Positions 1 to 11,914 of a stretch of 64,000 bases of DNA are shown one piece after another (within the stretch, counting starts at the first letter, position 1; each line of letters begins with the position of its first letter). Source of the DNA: Hydrolagus colliei (lineage: Eukaryota). Made by a program: the position numbers and the translations under genes. The stretch is from positions 2,294,001 to 2,358,000 of the forward strand of contig CM068760.1 in the NCBI GenBank assembly GCA_035084275.1. Direction: 5' to 3'. A model generated the notes under the pieces. That model ran no database searches. It was given only the letters and a program-made list of their open reading frames with translations, and was not told the origin of the DNA.

Positions 1-95
1 GAGGCCCCAACAATCACAATGCAAACATTCCCCATTCATGTGCCAGCCTTTCATGTCGCCGGCTTCCTCAGATCCAAAAGACACAGGCATTTTTT

Positions 96-432
96 TTGTG
101 TGTGTGTGTGTTATGGTGTGTGTGGATGGATGAAGGGATGGGGGATGGGGAGAGGGAGAGAGAGAGAGAGAGGACACAGGAGAGGAGGGAGTGAGGGTGG
201 GGGGGGGGGTGGGGGGGGGTCCTGCCTCCAGGGGTAAAAGTGCCATCGGCTGTGTGAGTGTGAAATCTAGCCCCCCCCCCCCCCCCACCCCAGGCAGAAC
301 AGATCATCATTCAGCCAAACCTGCCTCAGCAATGGCGCAAAAGGAAAAGCCTCATTAACACAATCCTATCACGTTTACAACCTACTCCAGCTGGGTTTTA
401 AAGGAACTGGCTGCTTTCAGCTTTCTCTGTCC

Positions 433-469
<37 letters not shown>

Positions 470-478
470 GGGGGGGGG
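96..478. repeat. Cluster of microsatellites and homopolymers: (TG)n, (GA)n, poly-G, poly-C, (CT)n(AT)n
   Basis: Directly visible. Confidence 0.85.
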
Positions 479-1242
479 ACACAAATACTATATTATTCAT
501 TATTTTATGCAATATTGACATCAAAGTCAATATCCATCAATATTGATGAAAGCATTCCATCAAAGTGATTATTATGGAGAGGAGGCATTTTTTTTTGCCC
601 CAGAAAATATATGGTCAATTCACTTCACCATGTATCCTGTGAAGCACTTTGAGACATCTCAATGATGTGATAAGGAGCTATATCTAATGCAAGGATGATT
701 CTTATTATTATTCTTATTATGCATAGGCTGGGGAGGTTGGGGGGAGGAAACACTTCACTAATAGACACACAATTCCAGAAATTAAATTGAGATGTTTGGA
801 CAACTTGCATCTATATAGCGTCCCTTACGCTTGATGTCCTCCCGACGTGAAAGGCGCCAAACAAGTGTAATGTGTGTACCAAAGCGCTTGGTATAGTACA
901 CACCCTCAAATCCTCTTGCCTCACCCCCCCCCACCCCCCTCCCCTCCCCATCTCTGATGTTAGAGGTCTTAAGTCACTGCTTATCCCATGTACTAGCAAA
1001 GTCAGAGCTGCCCACAGAGACTGTTGGGACAGGTAGATGCTCAGTTGGTTGACGACTGGTTTGGTTTGGAGGGAGGAGGATTGCTCTCGGCCTCCTTGGA
1101 GAGGGGCTGAAGTTCCCACATTGTCAACGTTGGGTGAGGCGAGGGCTGGGTGAGGCTTTGCAATCCTCTGTCCCTCTCTCGCCACCTAAACACACACACA
1201 CACACACTCAACAATAATAATCCTTGCATTTGATATACCTAT

Positions 1243-1535
1243 GCATCAGCCTGGCTCAGTGGGTAGTACCGTACTCTCGCTTCTGGGTCAGAAAGTTGTG
1301 GGTTCAAGCCCCACCCCCGCATGTCGGGACTTGAACTCACAGTTTTCCAAGGCGACAGACACTCCAACCCATTGCCGGAGGTGCTGGCCTTCGGCAATGG
1401 ATAACCGAGGTTCCGACTGCCGGTTCAAGTGGAGATGCCAATAGCGCTATACGAAACGAGAAGGCAGTTTCCTTCCTGGTGTCCTGGCCAACTATCCCCC
1501 ACGTAAAATGTAGTCATTTGTTTCATGGCTGGTCA
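1243..1535 (+). mobile_element. Older SacSINE1/AmnSINE1-like Deu-domain SINE
   Basis: GCTCAGTGGGTAG...CAGAAAGTTGTGGGTTCAAGCCCCAC head, then GGAGGTGC...AACCGAGG...GTGGA...GGTGTCCTGGCCAAC, matching my recollection of the Deu domain. Confidence 0.75.
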
Positions 1536-4500
1536 CACAGCACCTTTCACGTCGCTTTACAGGATTCACTGCGAAGCGAAGGTACTATACTATGTATTGG
1601 TGGGCAACACAGCAGCTAGTTCGTGCACGGTAAGTGTATTCCACTGAAAAGGGTGAACAAAAAACAAAGCCCCAACGTTCAGCACAGACTGGAGGAGATG
1701 AACATTGGGAGGAGTCTGAGGGACAAAGGTGTGGCAGGTTTTTTTAGAGGAACCTTGACACTTTGCTGGAGAGAAGCATTATCCAGTGGTGATGACAGGG
1801 GCTTACGCTGCATTTAATGTAAGTGCACATCTGTCGCTCATTCTATCCATGGGTTTATTTAATGCTGTATTTGAATTACAGAAACAATTTCGGATCCAAA
1901 TGGTTTGGTAATAACCTGACATGGGCTGCGAGGAATCCAGCCCACACCGCATTGCCCATTTGGCAGGGAACTGGCAACACGCCATGGATGGTTCATTCTG
2001 GAGAGTGGATGCCAAACTGGTACAATAGAGGGCGCTCTTCTAAGGTGTGGTTTAAAGGAAGCAGTTTGCAGGACAAGGTCCCCTTGATTGATGCCATTAC
2101 AACCATTCACCCCAAATACTGTATGATCCTGGCTTCATTTAGGGCAAAACAATTTTTTTTTGGGGGGGGGTGAGGGGGCGGAGCGAAAAATGTTCACCTC
2201 TTGTGATCAGTAAGAGCTCTCTGATTCAACTGCCCAATGCTCCATTTGGTCCTACCGATCAGAAGGTTCCAATCAGTCTGTATTGTCACTGATCTCAGCC
2301 AGTGCTAATGCCCCCCTCTCCACGGCATGAAGTGAAAAGCATGGTACTGCCTGGGTATTGTATTTTTTTTTGGTGGTGTGGGGGGCAGGGAGGGCAGTGA
2401 GATTGTCCAGCAATTAAGTTGAAGACACACTGGCTGAGGCTGCACTGGACAAGAAAGTGTTTGAAAAGCCATCGATCAGTTTCTTTTGTCAATTACTTTC
2501 CCAGTGACTCTGAGCTCGGGGTGGGAGGGGGTGCTTCAATTGCTCTGCTCATTGCGTCTGAAGTGCTTATCCCTTTATCTACGGTGAGGTTAGGGATCCT
2601 GGGGATTTTGAAAAAAAAACCACACCAGATAATGAAAGCTTTCGGTGTGCAACGCCTTATCCAAACTGTGCTCTTCCTAAAGCCCCAGCCACCCTCCCAC
2701 CACCTCCCCAATCTTGCCATATATAGCCAGACGTGAGATATTAGTCATTTTCAAACAATTATTTCCCTCCCCGCCACCACCAAACAAAGAAAAAAATTGG
2801 GATAATTTAGCAGTAATGAGAGAAGACAGAAACCCAGTTGTCAGTTCACCCCTGGGGCCCAGATAGAAAAGAGTCTTCTGAACCCAAAGAGATACAATTA
2901 AAAGTGCCTTTGATGTCGCCTTGCAAGTGAAGTGAGCGCTGGTCAGGGAAGCTTTCTGACCAGTAACTTGGTTACAGACCGTTAATAAGATGACTTTGAA
3001 GGGAAGGACTCGGGGAGTTCTGCTAATCTGCCAATGTAAAATGTTAATGCTATTTACTCCCAGAAGTGCCCAAACTTTAAAGGTCACACAGAATGGCCGC
3101 TGTTTCAAAACCAACCCAAACCAGTCAACCTATATTAATTAATAAAATGATCAATTGTGAGGTTTTTAAAATTACAAACCCAATTATTTTATCACCAAAT
3201 AAATTTTTTCCCCTCAATTAAACTCTTCACCTGTTGTTTCAAAACCTCACCTCACCTGAGCAGGCTCCCAACCAAACATTGGCCTCGCTTGGGTGAGATG
3301 TTCAGAGGGACATCACTATGGCATTCCCTCCCTCCTCTCCTTGGAGGAAGAGCTCCTGCATCCTGTCCCCAAAAGGCTAATTTTCTGCCTCTGATGTCTG
3401 GGTGAGACCAGAGAGAAACCCAGAGGCTTATTTTATACACATATATATATGTAATCATGATTCTTCCATTTAACCTCAAAACCTCTCAAAAACATTCACA
3501 GCTAATCCAGTGTAGTGCAGGCAAACATAGCAGCTAATATGCCTATGTACTGCAAGGTCCAAAACACAGCTATTAAGTGAATCACTGATTAGTCTGGTTT
3601 CTTCGGTTAGCGCCATAGAATGTGTACCCTCCACTTGGCGAGGTAGTCAGGAGCTCAGTTTAATGCCTTATCACGTGAAGGATGGTATATTTGGCATTGC
3701 AACAACAAGAAATCAGCAACGTAGTGTGTTATGAGTTCAAGCCTCACCTTGAGGCAGAACGCTAACGACTGGGCCAAACTGACACAAGATACAAAGAGCA
3801 ACATGGAGTCGACACAGAACCGGCCGTTCATTCTACAGTCACTTTCGGTGAGAGTGGGCAGAGTGTGTGGTGAGTGATGAGATGAGACTTAAGTCATCCC
3901 TGAAGTAGAGGAACCTGAACAGGAAAAATAGGAGACCATTCAACTCATCAAGCTAGTTCCACTAGTTTTAGATCATGCAGATCTTTTACACTCTACGCCC
4001 TACCCTTTTGCCATATCTACTTTAATACCCAAATATTTGTCTATAGAAGATTAGATTTACGTCACAGAGCCTCTCCCAAAGTGCTTCACAACGATGGGAA
4101 TCAATTAAGGAGGAAGGCACCTGTGGACCAAAGGCAATTCATAACGAAAGATCATAACAGGGTTTGGAAGACAGGGAGAGAAGGACTGAGGCAAGGATTT
4201 GTGGGCTAGAGTCCCAGAGAGATGGTGCTCAGCTACTGATGGTGGGATGAAGGGAATGAGGAACGAGCAGGAAATCAACAAGGAATTATTGTGGAACTGA
4301 CCTCCAAAGAGATCAGACGAGCCTCGAGGACAGGTGCAAATTGTGAGATAAAAAAGGAAAGTGTGTTGGGATCCTCCACATGAGTAATTGATTGCTGACT
4401 CCCAAGGAAAGCTTGGAACCCTGACACCTCCCTAACCATTAGGCTTCTGCTGCAATATGGTGATTGATGAGGACCTAAGAACTGTGGTTCCCCTGGTGAG

Positions 4501-4812
4501 AGCAAGCAGATCTGGCTTCCCTTTTTCTGTGACAAAGACTCCCTTTCTGTCTGTTTGCCTTTCTCACATCCCCGCTAAAAGATCAAGGGCCAACTGATTA
4601 CCTGTTCTGTCTGCGAGGCTTCCCAAAGCCCTGCCAGCGAGGTATAGCCATCGCCATTGTTCCCTCTGTGCTTGTTGTATTCTGAAGGCAACAAGTAACG
4701 TATTGTGGTCGGTTTCCCTTATTCCAGGTCTGACCTGGAGTTGGAGCAGCTGTTTGCTTGGGAGTGAGTTCTGATCTAAAACTCCAGAGCTGCAAAGGTG
4801 AGTCACTGTTTA

Positions 4813-5106
4813 GTGACGCCTCTGTGGTTAGAGCACTCGCCTTGCAAGTGAGAGACCTGGGTTCGATTCCCGGCAGGTTTCTTTACTCCATACGCCTGAC
4901 AATAATCTAATCCCTCGGAAAAAACAATAATAAATTGGTCACTTCAAACCACGACTGTTTGTGGAGGACGCCGCTGTGCGCAATTGGCTGCCGCGTTTCA
5001 CCCACAAATATACAATCAATTCACTTTACAGTATATTCTGTGAAGCGCTTTGAGACGTCTAGAAGACGTGCAAAGCGCTACGTCAAAATGCAAGGATTAT
5101 TATTAT
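4813..5106 (+). mobile_element. Copy of the same tRNA-derived SINE with a small internal deletion
   Basis: GTGGTTAGAGCACTCGCC...GGTTCGATTCCC head, conserved body and tail. Confidence 0.88.
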
Positions 5107-6303
5107 AAATGCCTCTGGAAAACTGTCTTTTCTGGGGATGATAAAATCTCAGGAGCTCACAACGGTGGCACGGCCTCCTGTTTCACATCACGTTCCCCGT
5201 CTCCAAGTCAGTGACACACTGGGCACTATTCCTTCTCGCTGGCTTTTCACCGCACATCTCAATAGGCTGAGGATACAAGCCTCCCACTTTCCACGAAAGT
5301 TTAATGCAGCTTGATGTGGTGAGATTGAGTCCCAGGGCCAATGTGAGGCTGAGTGACAGACAGGACAGTGTTGACACTGTTGATCCGGATGCACAGAAAC
5401 TGGTGCAAAATAGGCAACCATGTTGACTGTCAACATTTAATTTTTTGCAGCAAACAATGAATAATATGGCTTTCAAATAAGGTGGGGGTGGGTATTATTG
5501 CACTGCTGTTTGGCTTCCAGAAGGAGCTTCCTAAGGCTGCCAAGTTGAATCTAGTAACAAGGAACAGAATGTGGAACCACCTGGAGCCCATGGACTCTCG
5601 TCATTGGGACCTGTTGTCCACCATCACGTGGTTCATTTCAAAGACAAATTGTGGCCAATTAAAAATCTGTATGAGTCTTTTTTTTTCCCTTTTCCACATG
5701 TTTTCCTTCTCGTCTTAAAGTGCTGGCTCCCACTGATTAGACTTTCTCCCCCTCCACCCCTAAAAAGATATGGAGGGGGGAGGGAGGTACGAGAGATGAT
5801 TGAGTGATATTGGTTCTGAAACTTAGCCAGCAGCAGTTACAGGGGACTGGAGGTCAGGAAGGTGCAGAGCGTGAGACACAGATAGACTGGGAGAGACTGG
5901 GAGGGGCTGCAGGCCATAAATATGGAATGATCAGGACAGGAAGGTCCTCGTTTGATAGGTTTATGAGTCGTGAGTTTTCATTAAAAGAAGTTATTGGGGA
6001 ATTAGCTGGATGCTTCAAAAATAGATATATTAAAGGGTACGTTGAGTGAACAGGAGAGTTTGGATCAGACTGGATCAGGAGGCCCCAAATTCCACATAGG
6101 GATAGGATGGGCAGGTGGTTTAACTCCAGCAGCTGGAGAGACCAGCCCAATAAAACAGACTTTCTGAAAGAGCTATTGCCAGTTGTTGTTTTTTTTAAAA
6201 AAAGGGCAGATTATTCCAACAATGCCTGAGCATCAAAGTCAGTTTGATTACAGAACATCACTCCAACCTCAAAACAGCCATAAAAGAAACATGAATAAAA
6301 TAT

Positions 6304-6309
6304 TTTAAT
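6304..6309 (-). promoter_or_regulatory. Candidate CEP112 polyadenylation signal ATTAAA
   Basis: ATTAAA on the minus strand about 480 nt after the stop, followed by T/GT-rich sequence. Not the only candidate in this AT-rich region. Confidence 0.3.
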
Positions 6310-6781
6310 GAGATGTTAGTTTATAAAAATCATAACAATGTAAAAAAACAAAATGCGCACAGCACGATATAGCCTGAGCCCTGTGTTTTTTTGTGAGGTC
6401 ACCAAAAAAAAAAGCCAACTTTAAATAGTAGGAAAATATTGACAATGATATGCACAAATGCTCAGCTTATTAATGTGGGTGATATATATACTGTATATAT
6501 TAAAAAAGTGCAAATGTTTCTGTAGAAAAGAAATTAAAATGGTTTTCTTGTTTAAAAAAACGTTAAAATCCTGATTAAAAACCAATTCCTGCGTGGGTTA
6601 GACATGCGCGAGGATGGAAGAGTGGCTTTATAACCTTTCACAACAGGAAGATCACTGCTGTTCGGCTGGGATCTCACACCCTCGCTGTAACACACGCACC
6701 CTTACACAAACAGCAGCTACGCAGGTCCATCACACTGCCACATTTCACTGACATTTTGGGGTCAGGGAAACCATCCGCTGA

Positions 6782-6785
6782 TTAC
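6782..6785 (-). CDS. CEP112: CEP112 terminal exon, coding part (G completing AGG Arg, then TAA stop); 3'UTR follows toward lower coordinates
   Basis: A strong polypyrimidine tract and acceptor (tctcattttgtttttacattccag) end a 172-bp intron at 6786-6957. The spliced junction reads AG|G TAA. Confidence 0.75.
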
Positions 6786-6957
6786 CTGGAATGTAAAAAC
6801 AAAATGAGAGATAAAAATTAATAGTTTGGACATCTCTGAGGATGAATAGCCTTTAGAAATAAAATTGAATGGAGGGAATTTAAATAAGAAATGCGCAGGG
6901 TGGGGGGTGTCACGCTTTATAAACCCACAGAAGCCAGCGCGCCTTGTTTGCACTCAC

Positions 6958-7022
6958 CTCCGGTTTCGATAGCTGGTGACTTCCTCCTGCAGAATCGCCG
7001 CTCGCTTTTGAAGAAAATTTAC
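6958..7022 (-). CDS. CEP112: CEP112 penultimate coding exon (65 bp, VNFLQKRAAILQEEVTSYRNR plus 2 nt of the last Arg codon)
   Basis: Acceptor ttttcacccgcag, donor AG|gtgagt. Matches VNFLQKRASILQEELTTYQGRR. Confidence 0.93.
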
Positions 7023-8094
7023 CTGCGGGTGAAAAAAACACAAACTGAAAGCCTTTAGGTCGTCCAGCTGCACCTTTAACACAGTCAGACGCTCAAGCCC
7101 TTCCGTAAGATTGCCTGCGCTGAGCTGCAAATCACTGACTCACAGAGGGGTTCATCTGATCTCACAATTCCAGGGTACCCACTCTACCTATTACCTATTA
7201 CACAGCATCAAGCTGTTTACCAAAATGACTCCAGCATCATGACCTCAACTACCCTCTCTGCGAGAGTGAGGAGGGAGAACAAACTCGCTTGTTTGCCATT
7301 TGTTAAAACAGGCAGATCTGTAAGGCAGTGGCCAGAGTGATGTGAATAAAAGACACCCACACAGGCATGGTTGCCCAGGCTTTGCCCAAATCAGCGCTGA
7401 CGCAGTGAGCGCGGAGCTAATCTGCTGACGAAATCTTGGCTTTCTAGTTCTTGCTGAGTGCTCCAGCTTTTCCTGTTAAACACATCTTAAATCCTCTCTA
7501 CAGATGCCTGACCCAGAACAGTGCTGTCACCGTTACTCTATGTAGCATTTCCACACAGAGCAGGCACTTTAAGGCATGGGTAAGACAGGAAAGTAATCGG
7601 AGCGACAACAGGAAAGACCATATGGAGGGGACAGATAGCGGATTTTAAAAATCCAATTTTTTTCAGGTCATTTTCTCTCCTTTACGCCTCATCCCCCCCC
7701 CCCCCCAATGCCTGCCAGCGTTTGTCTGACAAGAGGGTAAACAGCTCCTAGGAATCGAACTACTCGTGCTTTGCAAATGCCGCAGGATTTGACAGAAGAA
7801 CGGACGGGGAAAGAGGAACAGAATATCCAAGAGGGAATCGTGGCAGGATTCCAGTGCAGTGTCATATATACAACAAATAATAATTCCTGCATTTGATATA
7901 ATGTCTCTCACATTGAAACGTCTTGAAATACTTCACAGACAATTGCTGTTAAGGGTAGCGACCGTGTAGTTATTGGTAAATAAATATAACTATTTTGCAT
8001 GCAGCAAAGCTCCGCATGAGCCGTGAAATGAATGACCAATTTATTGGGAGGATTGTTGGCCAGGACACCACGAGGAACTCCTGTCTCTTCTTGA

Positions 8095-8222
8095 TCCGCC
8101 CACAAATATATACAGTCACTTCACTTTACAGTATATTCTGTAAAGCGCTTTGGGACGTCGATAAGATGTGAAAAGTGCTACAACAACTGCAAGGATTATT
8201 ATTTCTCCAATGGGGATTAATA
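8095..8222 (+). mobile_element. 3' fragment of the young SINE, directly next to an older Deu-SINE remnant on the minus strand (~7875-8090)
   Basis: CGCCCACAAATATATACAGTCACTTCACTTTACAGTATATTCTGTAAAGCGCTTTGGGACGTC...GCAAGGATTATTAT. Confidence 0.8.
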
Positions 8223-8699
8223 AAGGATCTTTTGGACTCAGTAATCAGAGATAAATTTAACATCATTTTAAGATAATTATCCACAAAACCTAAGATAGAT
8301 TTTCTCCCCACACAGAGTGCAAGTGTTCCGGGAAACTCTCCCGCGTGATGGGGGCGACATGAATGCAAGTTGTTGTCGTCGTTAGATTGTTGAACACCCA
8401 ACAAAAAATCGGATTTAAGTAGAATCCAGTTTTTAAAAGGAAGCAAGACAAAATGCAAAAGGATATGAGGGAAAAAGCGAGAGTGGGAGTGAACATAGCA
8501 TTTCCAGGCACTTGGTACGGGGACGATGGGCCAAAGGGCTTTCTTCTGTGTGTAAAATTCTATCATTTTTTTATTGGTCCAGAATAAACATTGTGTGCAA
8601 CAAACTGGCAACCCCAAGCATTGCACATAATCCACACATAAAAGTCCCTGCGTTGAGACATCTGGTGCTTCTGTATGTGTTCAAACAGGTAATAATAAG

Positions 8700-8940
8700 A
8701 AATAATAAAATTACACTTGTGAAGCGCCTTTCACATGGAGCCTTTCCCAAGGCGCTGAACAGTTGGGGCTCAGGATACAGGCATGGGCTGGGGGAGTGGG
8801 TTGTGATGAGGAAGGGCAGAAAGCTAGGAGGGCAGATGAAGGCATGGTCAAAAAGGAGGGACTTGAGTCGTGCCTTGAAGGAGGCAAGTGAGATAGCGAA
8901 GGGAGAGTGTGGGGTGAAAGTCGTGGGGCGGCGTTGACGC
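8700..8940 (-). mobile_element. L2 LINE 3' end
   Basis: Encodes SLASFKARLKSLLFDHAF (L2 ORF2 C-terminus) followed by the CAGCGCCTTGGG...GAAAGGCGC stem-loop tail. Confidence 0.75.
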
Positions 8941-9001
8941 ACACAGATCAAAAAAGGGTGTTCGCCTCCGGCGAATGAACCACAAGATCGCAGCAATGTA
9001 C

Positions 9002-9103
9002 CTGAGCCTTTAAAGAAGCGATGGTGTCTTCTAGCTCCTGTCGTACTGTAGTTGGCATCAAACCCTTCATTTTTAGCTGGTATTCCTGCTGGATGTGAAT
9101 GAT
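9002..9103 (-). CDS. CEP112: CEP112 coding exon (102 bp, IIHIQQEYQLKMKGLMPTTVRQELEDTIASLKAQ)
   Basis: Acceptor cttttgcag, donor CAG|gtacat. Matches ITYIRQEYETKLKGLMPASLRQELEDTISSLKSQ. Confidence 0.94.
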
Positions 9104-9909
9104 CTGCAAAAGCGGGGAGTAAAGACATTTCTTTTTAGCATGTCATGCGTTACTCTTTTACACTGAAGCTGGTAGATAATAAACATATCAGAAGCTCATT
9201 AGGCCTCTACCGATACGTATATAAAAAATATCTTTGCAACTGTAAATCATAACATCTCCATGCGTTTCACGGGGCATGTGAAGGATATTGACTGTGCATT
9301 TGTAGTCGAATGTGGTGACCATTTTGTGCCCAGTACCTGTGATAATACAAATTACAATACAAAATGACATTTGTATAGCGGCTTTCACATCGGGAGGACA
9401 TCCCGAGGCGCTGGTTACTCAGTGATTTGGACGCAGGGAGGGATGTAGGTCTTTGTATTTTTAAGATGGTTTATTTCATTTAGACTGGTATTTTGCTCAC
9501 GCAATTGAACCAATAAGCGCATGGACATATAAGGCAAATATACTGAGGCGTCTAAACGGTGCAATTGGTATCATTCAGTGGCAGCAGCACCGGTCACCGG
9601 GGATTAGTAATTGACAAAGGTGCGGACTAACAGCTACAGCTCCGCCAACATGATAAGAAATCAAATGTGTACTCAGTGTGCTGCGTACACAGGCAGCTGC
9701 TCTTCCCACCAGCTTGAGAGGCTGTGTAATAAACCATACGTGCGATTCCCAGCCAGCGTTGGAGGTGGAGGTAACTGCTCCACCGTTAAACAGGTGTCCT
9801 GATCTTTGTAGCGTATTCTCTTTATTCTTGCCCCCAGCCAGACATGACATGCAACTGTACCCGCATACACACCATACACACACACGCACTGAGTGCCTAT
9901 TTCTAGATG

Positions 9910-10268
9910 TAATAATATATAATGATAAGCCCGACATGTGATGTAGCGTCTTATCATGTCGTTGGGGGCATTTCAAAGCGCTTCACGGAATATACTGTAA
10001 AGTGAATTGATTGTATATTTTGTGGGCGATATGCGGCAGCCAATTGCAGCACAAACAGTCATGAATTGGCTGTCAAACTACTATTATTTTATTTAAGGGA
10101 TTATTACCCCCTGGAAAGCGATCTGCCAATCAACTAACAACCGGATTCTTATTTACTGCCAGATAAACAGACGAGCGTGGAGTAAGGAAACTTGCCCCGA
10201 CTAGGAATCGAACCTGGGTCCTTTTGCTTGGGAGGCGAGTGCGCTAACCAATACGTGACTGGACTCCA
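9910..10268 (-). mobile_element. SINE variant B (tRNA head, extra CTGTTTAYCTRGCA segment, same 3' half)
   Basis: Starts GTGGAGTCC on the minus strand, has B box GGTTCGATTCC and the same TATATTCCGTGAAGCGCTTTG tail region. Confidence 0.8.
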
Positions 10269-11166
10269 CAAAAGTGATGCCAGATAAGAATGGTTCAGCA
10301 GCGAGGCAGAGAGAGAGAGAGAGACAATAATAGGGTAACAAGGACATCAAGATCAAGAAAACAAAGTTGAGGCGCCCATATTGCCGAAACCTGGAAATAA
10401 CATTTATTTCCTGCATTTGTTTCAAGTTATTTCAAAACTTCTGAAACCTCAAAAACACACCAGGTATTTGCCTGTGGTTAACGAGGCGTCGAATTGATGT
10501 CGGAAGTGATAGTAAATGCTCTGTAGTTATTCCAGATAAGCTCTTGTAAACCGTGTTCGCTGAGCACGATCAATGACAAGGCCACACAAGCAACGTGTCG
10601 AAAGGCAGCCGGTCATTGCTTGCAGGAAATGCTGAGGTTTTTTTTTTAAATCAGCTTGTGCATCTCCCCTGCCGATCGCAGCGCAGCACATCCCTATTCA
10701 AGTGCTCTTTTTTGGCTACACTCTGCGGATTCTTATCTCTTGGCCTGAGACTGCAGAAACTCCCTTCTCTTTTCAAACACCATCTCTGGGTCTTTTAATG
10801 TCCACCCACACAGGTAGATGGGACCACGGTTTAGTGTCTCCAGACCAGAACAAACCCAGTATGCTGCCCTGAGTGAAGGACGCTATATAAATGCGAGTTG
10901 TTGTTGTTGTTATTTTAGTGTCAGTGGCCTCTATTTGCTTACACCGGGAAATCCCGTTATAGGACAGTTATTGTTAGGGTTCATCATCTGATACCCTCCC
11001 CACCACCCTCGCCCTCCGTTACCCTGCACTGTACTTAAAACAGAAACCAAACCATTAATGTTTTATTTTCATAGTATGTTAGGGAATTGCCAGAAATGTA
11101 CTGTAAAATGATCATCATTCCTCCTGTTATTTACTCAACGTCTTTCAGGCTGTTTAACCACTGATG

Positions 11167-11257
11167 CCTCCCTCCCTCCCTCCCCCCCTCCCTCCCTCCC
11201 TCCCTCCCCCCCTCCCTCCCTCCCTCCCTCCCCCCCTCCCTCCCTCCCTCCCTCCCT
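11167..11257. repeat. (CCCT)n-type pyrimidine tandem repeat
   Basis: Directly visible; it produces the spurious PPSLPPPL ORF. Confidence 0.9.
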
Positions 11258-11709
11258 GTCAGCGGGCTGCATGCTGTTTAAACCCCTTCACCGCAGCATC
11301 GCCTTTGAAGTCCAAAGCCTACAGATCCCATTTTCATCCATCAAAACCTAAACTTCAAAAATCTGATGGGTAAAATAATATAATATTCCAGTGTGATAAG
11401 AAGCCACACGCCAGGCAGCCACACAGCTTTCTGATTTGTTTTGAACACACAGTTAAAAAAAAAAAAATTCCGCCACAGAAGCTGATCGTTAGGTTTTGGC
11501 TTCAAAAGATCTCTCCCGTTTCCCAGCCTTCCACCCACTTTTCCTCGGTGGATCACTCCGACTTTCGTGGCTATGCACAGTGGAGCTGACGATGGCATTT
11601 ATCTACTGGACCATCGAGGGAGCTTTTAAGATAATTTCGTCGAAACGTAAGTTGCTGTGATGCTCATGGGAGCTGTGGCCTTGGGCGTTGATGCTTCCAC
11701 CCACTATTG

Positions 11710-11914
11710 CAGTGGCTTCCAAACTCACCCTCCCTAACTCAGCAAAGTTTTCGTTATGCCCCCCCCTACCCACTTCACACTCGGCTCCGCATGCACTCGG
11801 GTCCTCGACTCCACACGCACTCGGGGGCTTGAGACTCTAATGCTCTGTGCCCCATCCCCAGCCAACGGTACGTGCCCCGCAAGGGATGTACGCCCCACAG
11901 TTTGGAAACCACTG
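11710..11914. mobile_element. Non-autonomous hAT (Charlie-like) MITE, 205 bp
   Basis: TIRs CAGTGGCTTCCAAACT and AGTTTGGAAACCACTG (15/16 match). Flanking 8-mers CACTATTG and CGCTATTG (7/8) have a central TA, as in Charlie TSDs. Confidence 0.85.
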
